Below, in pieces: positions 1-10,284 of a stretch of DNA of 64,000 nucleotides. A program made the translations under genes and the position numbers. Under the pieces are notes generated by a model. That model had not been told where the DNA came from. It did no database searches and saw only the letters and a list, made by a program, of their open reading frames with translations. The stretch is from positions 122,388,001 through 122,452,000 of the forward strand of contig OZ296650.1 in the NCBI GenBank assembly GCA_965655095.1, read 5' to 3'. Every line of letters begins with the position of its first letter. The stretch's first letter is position 1. The DNA is from Haplodiscus bocki. Its lineage: Eukaryota.

Positions 1-499
1 ACTTCTTCAAAAATGGAGATGGTTCTTTGTAGTCGTGTTTCGTCTTTCTTGCGAAACAATGTGTACCGTCACCACCAAACAACATAATTGTCGGTTTTTG
101 GTCCTTAAAAGGAATATTCAAAACGTGGCAGCAGGCTTTGCACTTTTTACAGTCGTAGAAACTAGTCGTTTTATTGGTTGAAATGTAAACACACTTTTCA
201 TTTCTACATGTTGGACAATACACATCTCCAATAACTTCTTGAAATGATTTTGACCTCTCTTCAAAAATGTAAACTCCTTGACCAAGTGACAAGAAAAAGG
301 AATTTATTTGATCTTCAAAGGGAATATTGCGCACCTGGCACACAGATCCGCATTGTGGACATTGATAATCGCTTCTACCAAGAGATTCAAAAGTCTTTTT
401 GTGCAGACAAAGTCTACCTGAACACTTTATATTTGGACAATACACGTCTCCAATGAGAATAATAGTGCTATTGTCATACGCACAACCAGTGCTACACAT
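1..499 (-). CDS. Maverick accessory protein with two tandem Cys-rich zinc-ribbon-like repeats (3' partial, runs off the window edge; absent from the ORF track)
   Basis: Manual translation from ATG at 499 is open to base 1: MCSTGCAYDNSTIILIGDVYCPNIKCSGRLC...DYQCPQCGSVCQVRNIPFEDQ...VIGDVYCPTCRNEKC...YDCKKCKACCHVLNIPFKDQ. The ATG overlaps the stop of the 492-1118 ORF. Confidence 0.75.
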   Translation of the reverse strand, partial: MCSTGCAYDNSTIILIGDVYCPNIKCSGRLCLHKKTFESLGRSDYQCPQCGSVCQVRNIPFEDQINSFFLSLGQGVYIFEERSKSFQEVIGDVYCPTCRNEKCVYISTNKTTSFYDCKKCKACCHVLNIPFKDQKPTIMLFGGDGTHCFARKTKHDYKEPSPFLKK

Positions 500-1118
500 C
501 GTAATTGCTCTGAAAAATGTTACACTTGTAAGCAACAAAAAACCGATTCTTGTAAAGATGTTTGACTTCGCGGTAACCCAGGTTGACAACTTCTGTCAGA
601 ATGAATTGCTCGCCGTAAGGTTCAAACTTTTTGATGGAAAAGACGCAAGTGTTGTTCTTTTCAAACCGGAACGATATTCGAATTTGTCTGTTCAAATGCT
701 CAGCTATATCCTTGTAACAATGAGTGAACAGTTCGTCTTTTGAGTTTGTAAATCCAATCTCAAATTTAGGTTTTGGTAATGGTATTTGCGATACTTTGTT
801 GGCTTGATCAAAAGCTTTGAGAAATTCACCCAAACTGTCGAGTAGAGACTCAATTTCCTTTTTAGAAATGCTGACTTCTTCCTTGAGAATAAATCGCTGC
901 TGTAATTTTGAATCGCAAAAATGAAAGACTTTGAATGCAAAAGATTTTTTATTGGACCCTTTGCTAACTCGAACAATTCGGTTGTGGGACTGTGAAATGT
1001 CCAAAATGTTGTGATAAAAGTAACTATCTACGTCTGTTTCGTCCAAAAACTCCTCTGGTACTTCTTCGTATACTGAATAAAGTTTACACAAACTGGAAAT
1101 TTGCTTTTTGGTAGACAT
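492..1118 (-). CDS. Maverick accessory protein, internally duplicated, possibly PC4-like ssDNA-binding fold
   Basis: Intact ORF, first ATG at 1118 (MSTKKQ...). Two similar units: IVRVSKGSNKKSFAFKVFHF...QRFILKEEVSISKKEIESL and IRISFRFEKNNTCVFSIKKF...EQFILTEVVNLGYREVKHL. The fold call is by eye only. Confidence 0.7.
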   Translation of the reverse strand: MSTKKQISSLCKLYSVYEEVPEEFLDETDVDSYFYHNILDISQSHNRIVRVSKGSNKKSFAFKVFHFCDSKLQQRFILKEEVSISKKEIESLLDSLGEFLKAFDQANKVSQIPLPKPKFEIGFTNSKDELFTHCYKDIAEHLNRQIRISFRFEKNNTCVFSIKKFEPYGEQFILTEVVNLGYREVKHLYKNRFFVAYKCNIFQSNYDV

Positions 1119-1682
1119 TAACTGATTATAAAAAAGAACAGATTGCAAAATGAAATAAAAAGCAGTGTAGTGGTAAAAGCAATGCTGATTTGTCAAGAAT
1201 TTCAATTTTCCAGTGCTTTGTCAACACTTTTGTCCAATCAAATTTATGTATTGCAATTTTGTTTAATAATTTGTGAAACAGTAGCGGTTAAAAGCTTTGA
1301 TCACTTTTTGCTGGTGGTTGAATAGAACTTTCGATAACAATGCAATAAACAGCTACTTCTAACCACTGCACTGATTGTGCGCTAATCAAAAGGAATTCCT
1401 TCTATGATTGACACTTGAGAATAAGATAGGAGCACTTGATTACTTTTCGTAGACAGAAGGTCTACTTATCAGGGGAAAATTGTTCCACTTGAGTAAATTT
1501 CTCAGACAGTCTGGCCGGGGTACTTGTATACTTTTCTCAGACATTCTGTCACCTTGTCGGGAGATTAAAGTTTACTTAATTGCCTTGTCAGATGTTGCGT
1601 TCAACTTGAAAGGAATGATTGACAGCTCATGCGGTATTTCCAATTAAGGAGTGTCTTGCCTTTTATGGTTGCTCTTTCCTTT

Positions 1683-2587
1683 TATGGAAATTTTCGTTAA
1701 AGGGAAAAAATAATTTTAAAAACATTTCCTACAAGTTTTTCGTCATTATTTCATTTGCATTGCTACAGTCAAGGTACTTCAATTTGTTACGTTCATTTCA
1801 GATCATTGTGTTTTTAACAAATTTTACTCAAATACCTTTAAATCGATAAAAGAAAGTTGGTCCTTTCATGGAATTTTCCGTATATGGTAAAAAAAATGTT
1901 TAAAAATATTCCCTACAAATTCTGCGTCATTGTTTCATTTGCATTGATACAGTCAAACTACTTGAATTTCTTACTTTCATTTTAAATCATTGTATTTTTA
2001 ACAAAATTACTCAAATACCTTTAAATCGATACGAGAAAGTTAAGCCTTTCATGGAATTTTTCGTAAATGCTGAAAAAATAGATCAAAACTATTTCCCACA
2101 AGTTGTTTGTTATGATTTCAGTTGCATTGCTGCAGTCAAACTACTTTCATTTCTTACTTTCATTTTAAATCATTGTATTTTTAACAAAATTACTCAAATA
2201 CTTTCAAATCGATACGAGAAAGTTAACACTTTCATGGAATTTTTCGTAAATGCTCAAAAAAATAGTTCAAAACTATTTCCTACAAATTGTTTGTCATGAT
2301 TTCAGTTGCATTGCTGCAGTCAAACTACTTTAATTTTTTACTTTCATTTTAAATCATTGCATTTTTAACAAAATTGCTCAAATACTTTTTTTAAATCGAT
2401 ACGAGAAAATTAGGAATTTTTCGTAAATGCTAAAAAACACCTAAAAAATATTTCCTACAAGTTCTTTGTCATTATATCAACTGCATTGCTACAATCAAGG
2501 TACTTCAATTTCTTACGTTCATTTCAGATCATTGTGTTTTCAACAAATTTACTCAAATGCCTTCTTTGAATCGATACGAGAAAATTA
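1683..2587 (+). repeat. Tandem array of ~5 x ~183-bp AT-rich units; the last unit overlaps the pPolB start
   Basis: Marker ACTCAAATAC...AATCGATACGAGAAA recurs at ~1840, 2025, 2208, 2395 and 2570. CATTGCTRCAGTCAA and ATCATTGTRTTTTTAACAAAA recur with the same period. Confidence 0.92.
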
Positions 2588-5500
2588 CATGCGAGAATTG
2601 TGGTACCCAAACTACAAAACTTAATCTTACGCGTCACAAAAAGAGATGTTCTGCTGGTACATTGCACTGTAGCCAATGTCCCAATTTCTCCACAAAATTA
2701 CAGAATGATCTGAATTATCATATTGCAAAGAAGCACAGCGTCCCAAAACCTGATATCACCTTCAAGTGTAAACTATGTTATGCAGAATTTCCCGGCTTTT
2801 ATGCTTTACGGCAACACAGAAACACTCAACATGGACCACAAATGGGATTCGGAGCGAACAATATTGATGTGGAGGATATAGTGGGAGATGTTAACGATCA
2901 AAGTTTGAGAGAAGAATTGGAATCTTGCAAACACTTTTTGACAGATACAGAAATGGGGAATGCAAGACACCGAGTCTTCAACTTTGCCTTGTCATCATTT
3001 GACATTTCTTTGCTCAACGATAAACTGGATTATGTATTCAAAGAGTTGAAATGTGCTGCAAAAATTAACATTGCATTTGGGTTCGTTCTTAAAAATATTG
3101 AGGATGGAATGTGCAGATACTTTTATGCTCACGAGAACAACACTATTATGGAGAAGTCGAAACTTGTGTGTACACCAGACGATATTCAGAGCCTGAAAGA
3201 GAAAATACAGAAAATGGATATTATTGATCTTTGTACACGAGAAAGAGCCAATACAAAATGGAAGTTTTACAAACTGACAAATGTGACAATTTTTGCAGCG
3301 CTACTCAAAGATATACCAATGGGTTGTAAAGATACAATCTTACCTGAGCCACTTTTGAGAAACCGTAATGTGAATTGTCTTACTTTTGAGAGAAATACGA
3401 GCCAACCCTACAATGACAATCTCTGTTTGTTTAGAGCATTAGCTCTACATTTGCATGGTACCGAAAAACTGGAGGAGGAGACTTTGAAAATTTTCAATCT
3501 TTTCCTCAATAACAGTGAAGGAGACGTATCAAAGTTTCAAGGTGTTCATCTGAATGATATTCCAAAAGTTGAAGACTTGTTTCAACTCAATATCTTCCTT
3601 TATGACATTGATTTTGTAGATGGAGAACTGATTGGTGAGCTCTGTCGAAGAAGTATTCAAAAGTATGAAAACAGTGTCAAGCTTTTACGCTACAACAATC
3701 ACATTTGCTACGTCAACAACATCAATGCATTGTTCAAAGCTTTCCGGTGTACTACGTGTGATACGTTTTTCTCAAAGACGGGTAATCTGGAACGACATTT
3801 GGTTACTTGTAGTGATCGAGTTAAACATATTTACCCAAAGAATGTTTACGAACTGAGAGAAACGCTTTTGAAAAGTTGGATGCATTCAATATCTCTTNNN
3901 NNNNNNNNNNNNNNNNNNNNNNNNNNNNNNNNNNNNNNNNNNNNNNNNNNNNNNNNNNNNNNNNNNNNNNNNNNNNNNNNNNNNNNNNNNNNNNNNNNNN
4001 NNNNNNNNNNNNNNNNNNNNNNNNNNNNNNNNNNNNNNNNNNNNNNNNNNNNNNNNNNNNNNNNNNNNNNNNNNNNNNNNNNNNNNNNNNNNNNNNNAAC
4101 ATTTTGAGCGTTACTGTAACATTTTACCAGTCTTTGGATTCAACAGCGCAAAATACGATATTAATCTAATCAAGTCGTATTTGTTACCAATTCTTGTAAA
4201 TGAGCGAGATATTGAACCGACAGTTATAAAGAAAGCCAATCAGTTTGTTTCTTTCAAGTTTGGAGATATTCAATTACTGGACATTATGAATTTCCTCCGG
4301 TGGTGCCACCAGTCTGGACTCTTCCTCAAAGCTTACAAGACCAAAGAGACAAAGGGATTCTTTTCCCTACGAATGGTTTGATTGTCCAGAGAAATGAACA
4401 GCAAAGAACTTCCTCCCTATGACTCCTTCTTTAGCATTCTGCGCAATAGCAACCCCCTTGAAAAAGATTACAACGACTTTGAAAACCTTGTCAGCAGTGG
4501 GTTAACAACAGAGCAAGCAGTAGCCAATTTACGAATGGATAGAGTACCTCTGACTGGTGCCGAAAATTATTCGTATTTACAAAGCGTGTGGGAGAATAAC
4601 AACATGCAAAATTTCTCAGATTTCCTCAAGTGGTATAATAATAAAGATGTTGTTCCGACCCTAGAGGCTATGCAGAAAATGATTGAATTTTACAACAAGG
4701 GTATTGATATGCTAAAACTTGGATGTACACTACCTAATTTGGCCAATATTTGTTTGCACAAATCGACAGACTCAAAATTTTAACCCTTTCACAGAGTCGG
4801 ACAAAGATTTGCTGGAGAAGATACGAGAAGATATGGTTGGCGGGTCCTTCTATTGTATTTACGCGTAAAGCTGTAGTGGATGAAACTTTTATACGCAAAT
4901 CATCAAACTTGTGCAAATCAATTGTTGGTATCGATGCTAGTCAGCTTTATCCCTACTCAATGTGTCAACCAATGCCTACTGGATTGTATACGCGATGGGA
5001 GTACGATTCTGAAACCGAGAGGTTCACAGCTCGCCAAAACAAATCTCGCTCCTTTGAGAATATGGTTCTGTCGTATTTTCAACAAAGTCGACCAGAGTGC
5101 AAAATTGAGAGTAATGTTACAACTGGTAGACAAAAGAAAATTGATTGCTTCAGTGTAGATGGGATTTGTTATCATTGTAACACTGTTTTTGAAGCTATGG
5201 GGTGTTACTATCACTACTGTCCCTGTCAAGAAGCACGTCCTTCTCTAACAGATACCGATATTGAGAGAGGAGTGAAGAAGCGACAACAAGATGAGATGCG
5301 TAGAGATTACATACAACAAAAGGGTTACGAAATTGTTGAAATGTGGGAGTGTGAGTGGTGGAGTCTCTATAAAACTGATGCATCAGTCAAACGTCACCTG
5401 CGAGAAAACTTTCCCTACAGACGTCCATTGAGTGAAGAAGGACTTTTGCAAGGAATTATCAATGGACAACTCTTTGGTTATGTTCAATGTGATATTGAAG

Positions 5501-6663
5501 TTCCCGAACATCTGCAAAGTTATTTCTCAAACTTTCCTCCGATATTCAAAAACATCGAAGTCAGTAGAGAAGATATTGGTCCTTTGATGAGAGAATATGC
5601 AGAAAAGGAAAATATTATGCCGCAGCCAAGAAGAATGCTCATATCTAGCTTTATTCTCACAAATGGCACCATTATAACCCCTTTGCTTTTGTTCTATTTG
5701 AAGCTTGGGTTAGTTTGTAAAAAGATTCATCGATTTGTTCAATACACTCCCAGAAAGTGCTTCAACAATTTCGTACAGTCTGCCGTGGATGCACGACGAC
5801 AAGGAGACGAAAATGCAAATTCCAGTGTTGTCGCTGAGACTATGAAACTGTTAGCTAACAGCTCATATGGTTATCAGATAATGGATCGCAGCCGACACAC
5901 TGTGACAAAGTATCTGAACGATGAAAAAACACACAGTGCAATCAACAGTAAAATGTTCAAGCGTCTTAATCACATTACCAATCAACTGTATGAGGTGGAA
6001 CTTGTCAAGACAGAAATCGAACATAGAGAACCAATCATTGTGGGCTTCTTTATCTTACAATACGCAAAACTGAGAATGTTGGAACTTTACTACAATTTCT
6101 TCAAAAAATTCTGTGACACTGACAAGTATGAAGAACTTGAAATGGATACCGACTCCCTTTACTTGGCTTTGTCCGAAGAAAATTTGGAAGATGTTATTGT
6201 TCCTGAAAAACGAGCTGAATGGGACCAATTACGATCTAAAGATTGAACTGATGAGTTTACTGCGAATGCTACCGACAATTTTTTCCCCAGAACTTGTTGT
6301 AATGTTCACAAGAAACATGATAAGAGAGAGCCAGGACTCTTCAAAGAAGAGTTTAGATGTGTAGAAATGTTGTGTCTTTGTAGCAAAACATATTGTTGTT
6401 ATGATAAGCGTACTAACAAGCACAAGTTTAGCAGCAAAGGGCTCAATAAAAGAACATTGGAAGAGTGTGGCGATGGTGGTCCCATGGCAAAGTATCGCAA
6501 AGTCTTAGAAGAAGCAGTCAACGTTACTTCAACCAATAGAGGATTTAGAACGATTCAGCATAGTGTTGCTACTTATGAACAAACAAAGAAAGGACTGTCT
6601 TACTTTTATCCAAAACGAATAGTAGAAGAAGATGGAATACACACAAAACCCTTAAATTGGTAA
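2557..6663 (+). CDS. polB: Protein-primed family B DNA polymerase (pPolB) of Maverick/Polinton, with N-terminal C2H2 zinc fingers, an OTU-like protease module and a Vsr-like endonuclease insert; interrupted by a gap, several 1-bp indels and one in-frame TGA
   Basis: ExoII GFNSAKYD (~4135), ExoIII YNNKDV, GGPSIVF, motif A DASQLYPYSM, motif B KLLANSSYG, motif C MDTDS, C-terminal SKTYCCY..SSKG. ORFs 4750-6246 and 6367-6663 share a frame, separated by TGA 6244-6246. Indels cluster at ~3866-4845 around the gap. Confidence 0.93.
3898..4097. other. Assembly gap (200 N) inside pPolB
   Basis: Run of N. Confidence 1.
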
Positions 6664-6764
6664 GTTTTCATAATATTATTAATTGTTTGTCCTTTTTTAT
6701 TCATCCTAAATAATTTTTTAAAACAATAATACAATCTTTTTACATAGCATTAAGTCAAAACAGT

Positions 6765-7433
6765 ATAAGGGAACCGCAGGCGGACGGGAGCACGCGTATT
6801 AATTATCCGCAGGCGTAATAATTATACGCGCGGGCGGGGCCAGCCAAAATTTTTTTGAATTTTTTCGACAAAATCTCACAGTGCCGAAAACCCCTATTCC
6901 ATATCTTAATACATGCATTACCTATCTTAATACATTGCCTCGGCTTTCGGATCCATATCTTAAAACATTGCCGAAACACAACCTATCTTAATACATTGAG
7001 TCGGCTCCAAAAATTAATACATTGAGTCGGCTTTCGGATCCATTACCTATCTTAATACATTGAGTCGGCTTTCGGCTCCATTGCCTATCTTAATACATTG
7101 AGTCGGCTTTCGGCTCCATTGCCTATCTTAATACATTGAGTCGGCTCCATATCTTAATACATTGCCGACTCGTCTCGGCAGCACACGAGTCGTCAGCCAA
7201 GACAACCCATCAACTTCGTCAACCAATCAGAATCGAGTATTACGTAACCCGAGTCGTCAGCCAATCAGAATCGAGCATTACGTCACCCGAGTCAAGTATT
7301 ACGTCACCCGAGAGCTCTCGGCTAGGGTGGAAGACCCTTCTCGGCTCTCGGCTCGAGTCGGCTCGCTATAGCCTATCTTAATACATGAGGGTCTTCCACC
7401 ACCCTGCGCACATCAGCTCACACTCTTACTACT
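6765..7433. repeat. Right terminal inverted repeat region of the young Maverick, with internal ~38-bp tandem repeats and CCAAT/CRE-like motifs
   Basis: Repeated ATCTTAATACATTGAGTCGGCTTTCGGCTCCATTGCCT units at 6900-7165; CCAATCAGAATCGAG at ~7223 and 7261; TTACGTCA at 7278 and 7299; perfect 13-bp inverted repeat 7326-7338/7388-7400; terminal ACTACT. The partner TIR is outside the window, so TIR status is inferred. Confidence 0.8.
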
Positions 7434-8269
7434 AACATATCTACTCTGTGAGTTTTTAAGGTGGGCTTAAAATGCAGCTATTGATGTGTTTTCTGGCCAC
7501 ATTCATCCAATGTTTTTTGATTCCAATAATATGTTTATTTCGTTTTTGGCGATAGAGGTTGCTTTTACTGGAGAAAACTTTTTGGCAAGTATCGCAAGGA
7601 GGCATTTCTCCCAAAGTTACTGATTTGCTAGAAGTTTAATTCTATTGAGAAGGAACAAAGTTGTTTTCGATGACGCGATCTACTGGGTGTTGTTGCGATT
7701 ACATGTCACTATATTTTATTACTTTACTGTCAGCTCCGGCTTTTGAAATTCTGTTTACTTAACCGTTCCATGTTTCGTCCACCGACCCTAATGGCAAAAA
7801 TGTGCCAAAAAAAGTTTATGGCTGTACTATCTTGCTCCGTTTGAGTTTATTTCCCTACTCTTTAGGCTCCCCCTACTCTTCGTTTGCTGGATCCAATTGC
7901 ACGCAAGTGTCAATGAACGGTTATTGCTTTAGTCTGTTCCGCGTGACTTTTACGTTCTCATTGATCAATGCGACCTACTCTCAACTAACGATCTCATATT
8001 TCCAGGTCTGGCAACAAAGTTGAAGATTCAAGATCACTCCAGATGTAGTCCCTCGATAGATCTTTGTATATGACTCCTGCAAAAATTCAAGACAGGTGAT
8101 AAAAAGTAAATTGAAATCTATTATGAACAAATCCAAAGGCAATGAAAGAAACTCAGCTCAAAATGATTATTTGACTGTTGTTAGAATATGTACTAAACTC
8201 CAGAGTTCTCTTGAATTACTTTTATCATCATAGAAAACGTTTGATGGATGTCACAAGCTCGCGTTCGTC

Positions 8270-8660
8270 GATGAATGGTATTGAAGGGTAACATGAGCTG
8301 TATATATAGTGAGCAATGTAAACACAAAATAGTCCACAGTTTTCGGAGGAGAGTTTTTCAAGAGGTTCTTTTATGACTTCCTTGATACCAAAGTCTGAGA
8401 AGGAGAGTCGGTCACATTTGAGCTTGTAAAGAGGGATAGGTCTACCCAGAGGATCAGCAAAAAGATTTCCAGCACTCTGCTATAGGAAAGTAACCAATGT
8501 CTTCCACTATGGATGGTTTTTTTTCGGAGTTGACTATCATGAAAGTGTTGTTTTCTAGCACGATAGGGAAATATCGGCAGCAAAAACGCCTGCAAGTTTA
8601 TATTTCATGTGTCGAAAACTGCGAATCGATTGCGTTAGGGACACAATTTTGGTGTTCCAA
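8270..8660 (-). pseudogene. Adenain-type (adenovirus-like) cysteine maturation protease
   Basis: Frameshifted motifs KYKLAGVFAAD, NTFMIVNS, SGRHWLL (catalytic His), FADPLG and NCGLFCVYIAHY (catalytic Cys). Confidence 0.85.
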
Positions 8661-8679
8661 GAAATGTTCTTCGAGCCGA

Positions 8680-10281
8680 GTCAACATGAAGCGTAGATGA
8701 TTTTTCTCCCAGAAAAAATTTCTGTTCCGGAGAATTCAGGTAAATCTTTCCATCATTGTCAGTGGCCAATGGGGTAACCATTGCGGTAAACAGTGATGGA
8801 GCCTAGGCAGAAATTCCGAAAATGGAATGGGTTGGACTGCTTGCTACCGAGAAATGCTTGACTACTAATCATGGGAAAAGCAAATTTGGGAATGGCTTAG
8901 CGATTAAAAATATCTTCATGATTCCAACTATTTCTACCTGTTGTAGCAAATGTTTTTGGCACATTTTCAGTGTAGCGATAAAGAGCTGGCATATTTGTCA
9001 GTGTCGTCTCAATGGCCGTGCACATATTTTCCGTCGCCGTCATGTTCCTCATGCAAATTGGCTTGGGCTACCTTAACTTTATAGTCTTTTGTATCAACAT
9101 CCTAAATCGAAAAAAACTTGGGTCGCTTCCGCAAAAATGAAAATCGTAGAGTAATTCCACTAATGAGGTGTTTGTCACAAGTAAAAGTGTCAGCAGCAAC
9201 TTTTCCAACAAATGACACAATCCCCGATTGTCTAGATTCCGCTTCTCTATCTGTAAGCGTTTGTGTCGTAAAATCTCCTAGTTGTAACCTTGAAATTTTG
9301 ACTACGTGTCCTTGGCTTCTTTGTTTGTTGAAAATTCTGTTTCCAAAAAAACTTTTACGGCATAGTTCCCATTCACACATGAAGATTTTATACCATTCGC
9401 AGTTTTAGTGCAATCCGAAAAGGAGGAATAATATGCATTATTTGCAAAGATTGGCATATCTCACTGTGTGGCATCTGTTGCATGATATTCCAAATTTGTA
9501 CCGTCTGATTTGGTTATTTGGCAGTTTACGTCGAAATAAAACTTTTGTAGGTCAACAAAGCTTGTTCTGTCTCCAGCAAACCCAAACTCGAGTGTAGGGC
9601 CATTAGGAGCGTAAGTTCGACCAACATTTTGTTCGAAAGATGTATCAAATGTTATCAGTGATGAAGGTCTCCCAAAATGAGCTATGGGATGCTTCGACCG
9701 AAACGAGGGAATGTAATGCATTGTTTGCAAATATTGGCATATCTCTCTGTCTGGCATCTGTTGCATGATCTTCCAAGTTTGTACCGTCTGATTTGGTTAT
9801 TTGACAGTTTACGTCGAAATAAAACTTTTGTAGCTCGACAAAGTTTGTTCTCTGTCCAGTAATCCCAAACTCTAGTGTAGGGCCATTACCATCCTGCGTT
9901 CGACCAATTTTTCGTTTGCAAGATGTATCAAATGTTATCAGTGATGGAGGTCTCCCAAAAAGAGCTATGGAATGCTTCGACTGAAGAGGGAACGTAATGC
10001 ATTGTTTGCAAACATCGGCATATCTATCTGTGTGGCATGTTGCATAATATTCCCACTTTGTAGCGTCTGATTTGGAAATTTGGCAGTTTAACATCAAATA
10101 AATGATTTGTAGGTCAACAACGTTTATTCTGTGTCCAGTAATCCCAAACTCCAGTGTAGGGCCATTAGGAGCGAAAGTTCGACCAATTTTTTGTTCGAAA
10201 AATGAATCAAGTGTCATAAGTGATGGAGGTCTCCCGAAAGGGGCTATGGGATGCTTCGACCGGAAGGACATTAGGTAACAT
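8680..10281 (-). pseudogene. Double jelly-roll major capsid protein, with its N-terminal ~94 codons tandemly triplicated
   Basis: MLPNVLPVEASHS..., NGPTLEF..GDRTSFVDLQKFYFDVNCQITKSDG, NNALHSL, ETEFSTNKEAKDT, DTFTCDKHLISGITLRFSF and SNPFHFRNF are typical Polinton MCP segments. Confidence 0.8.
9420..10270. repeat. 3 x ~282-bp tandem repeat of the MCP 5' end
   Basis: AGTGTAGGGCCATTA at ~9591/9873/10153; ATGCATTRTTTGCAAA at ~9432/9716/9997; TGCTTCGAC at ~9690/9972/10252. Confidence 0.92.
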
Positions 10282-10284
10282 TTT

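Larger units (their letters stand above)
1..7433 (+). mobile_element. Right arm of a young Maverick/Polinton (adintovirus-like endogenous virus); left part lies outside the window
   Basis: Contains a pPolB gene followed by a GC-rich, repeat-rich terminal region ending CACTCTTACTACT at 7433 (reverse complement starts AGTAGT, the canonical Polinton terminus). Decayed, unrelated sequence follows immediately. Confidence 0.9.

Noticed and set aside
2051-2299. 82-aa ORF upstream of pPolB
   Set aside because: Product of the 183-bp tandem array; the frame is not kept in other units.
6244-6246. In-frame TGA in pPolB as selenocysteine or programmed readthrough
   Set aside because: A single TGT/TGC to TGA mutation or a sequencing error is simpler; no SECIS or readthrough signal was recognised.
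6900-7165. ~38-bp repeats as a CRISPR array
   Set aside because: Units are contiguous with no unique spacers, there are no cas genes, and the context is a eukaryotic Polinton terminus.
7136-7381. ORFs with SSITSPE repeats
   Set aside because: These are translations of the terminal DNA repeats, with non-ATG starts.
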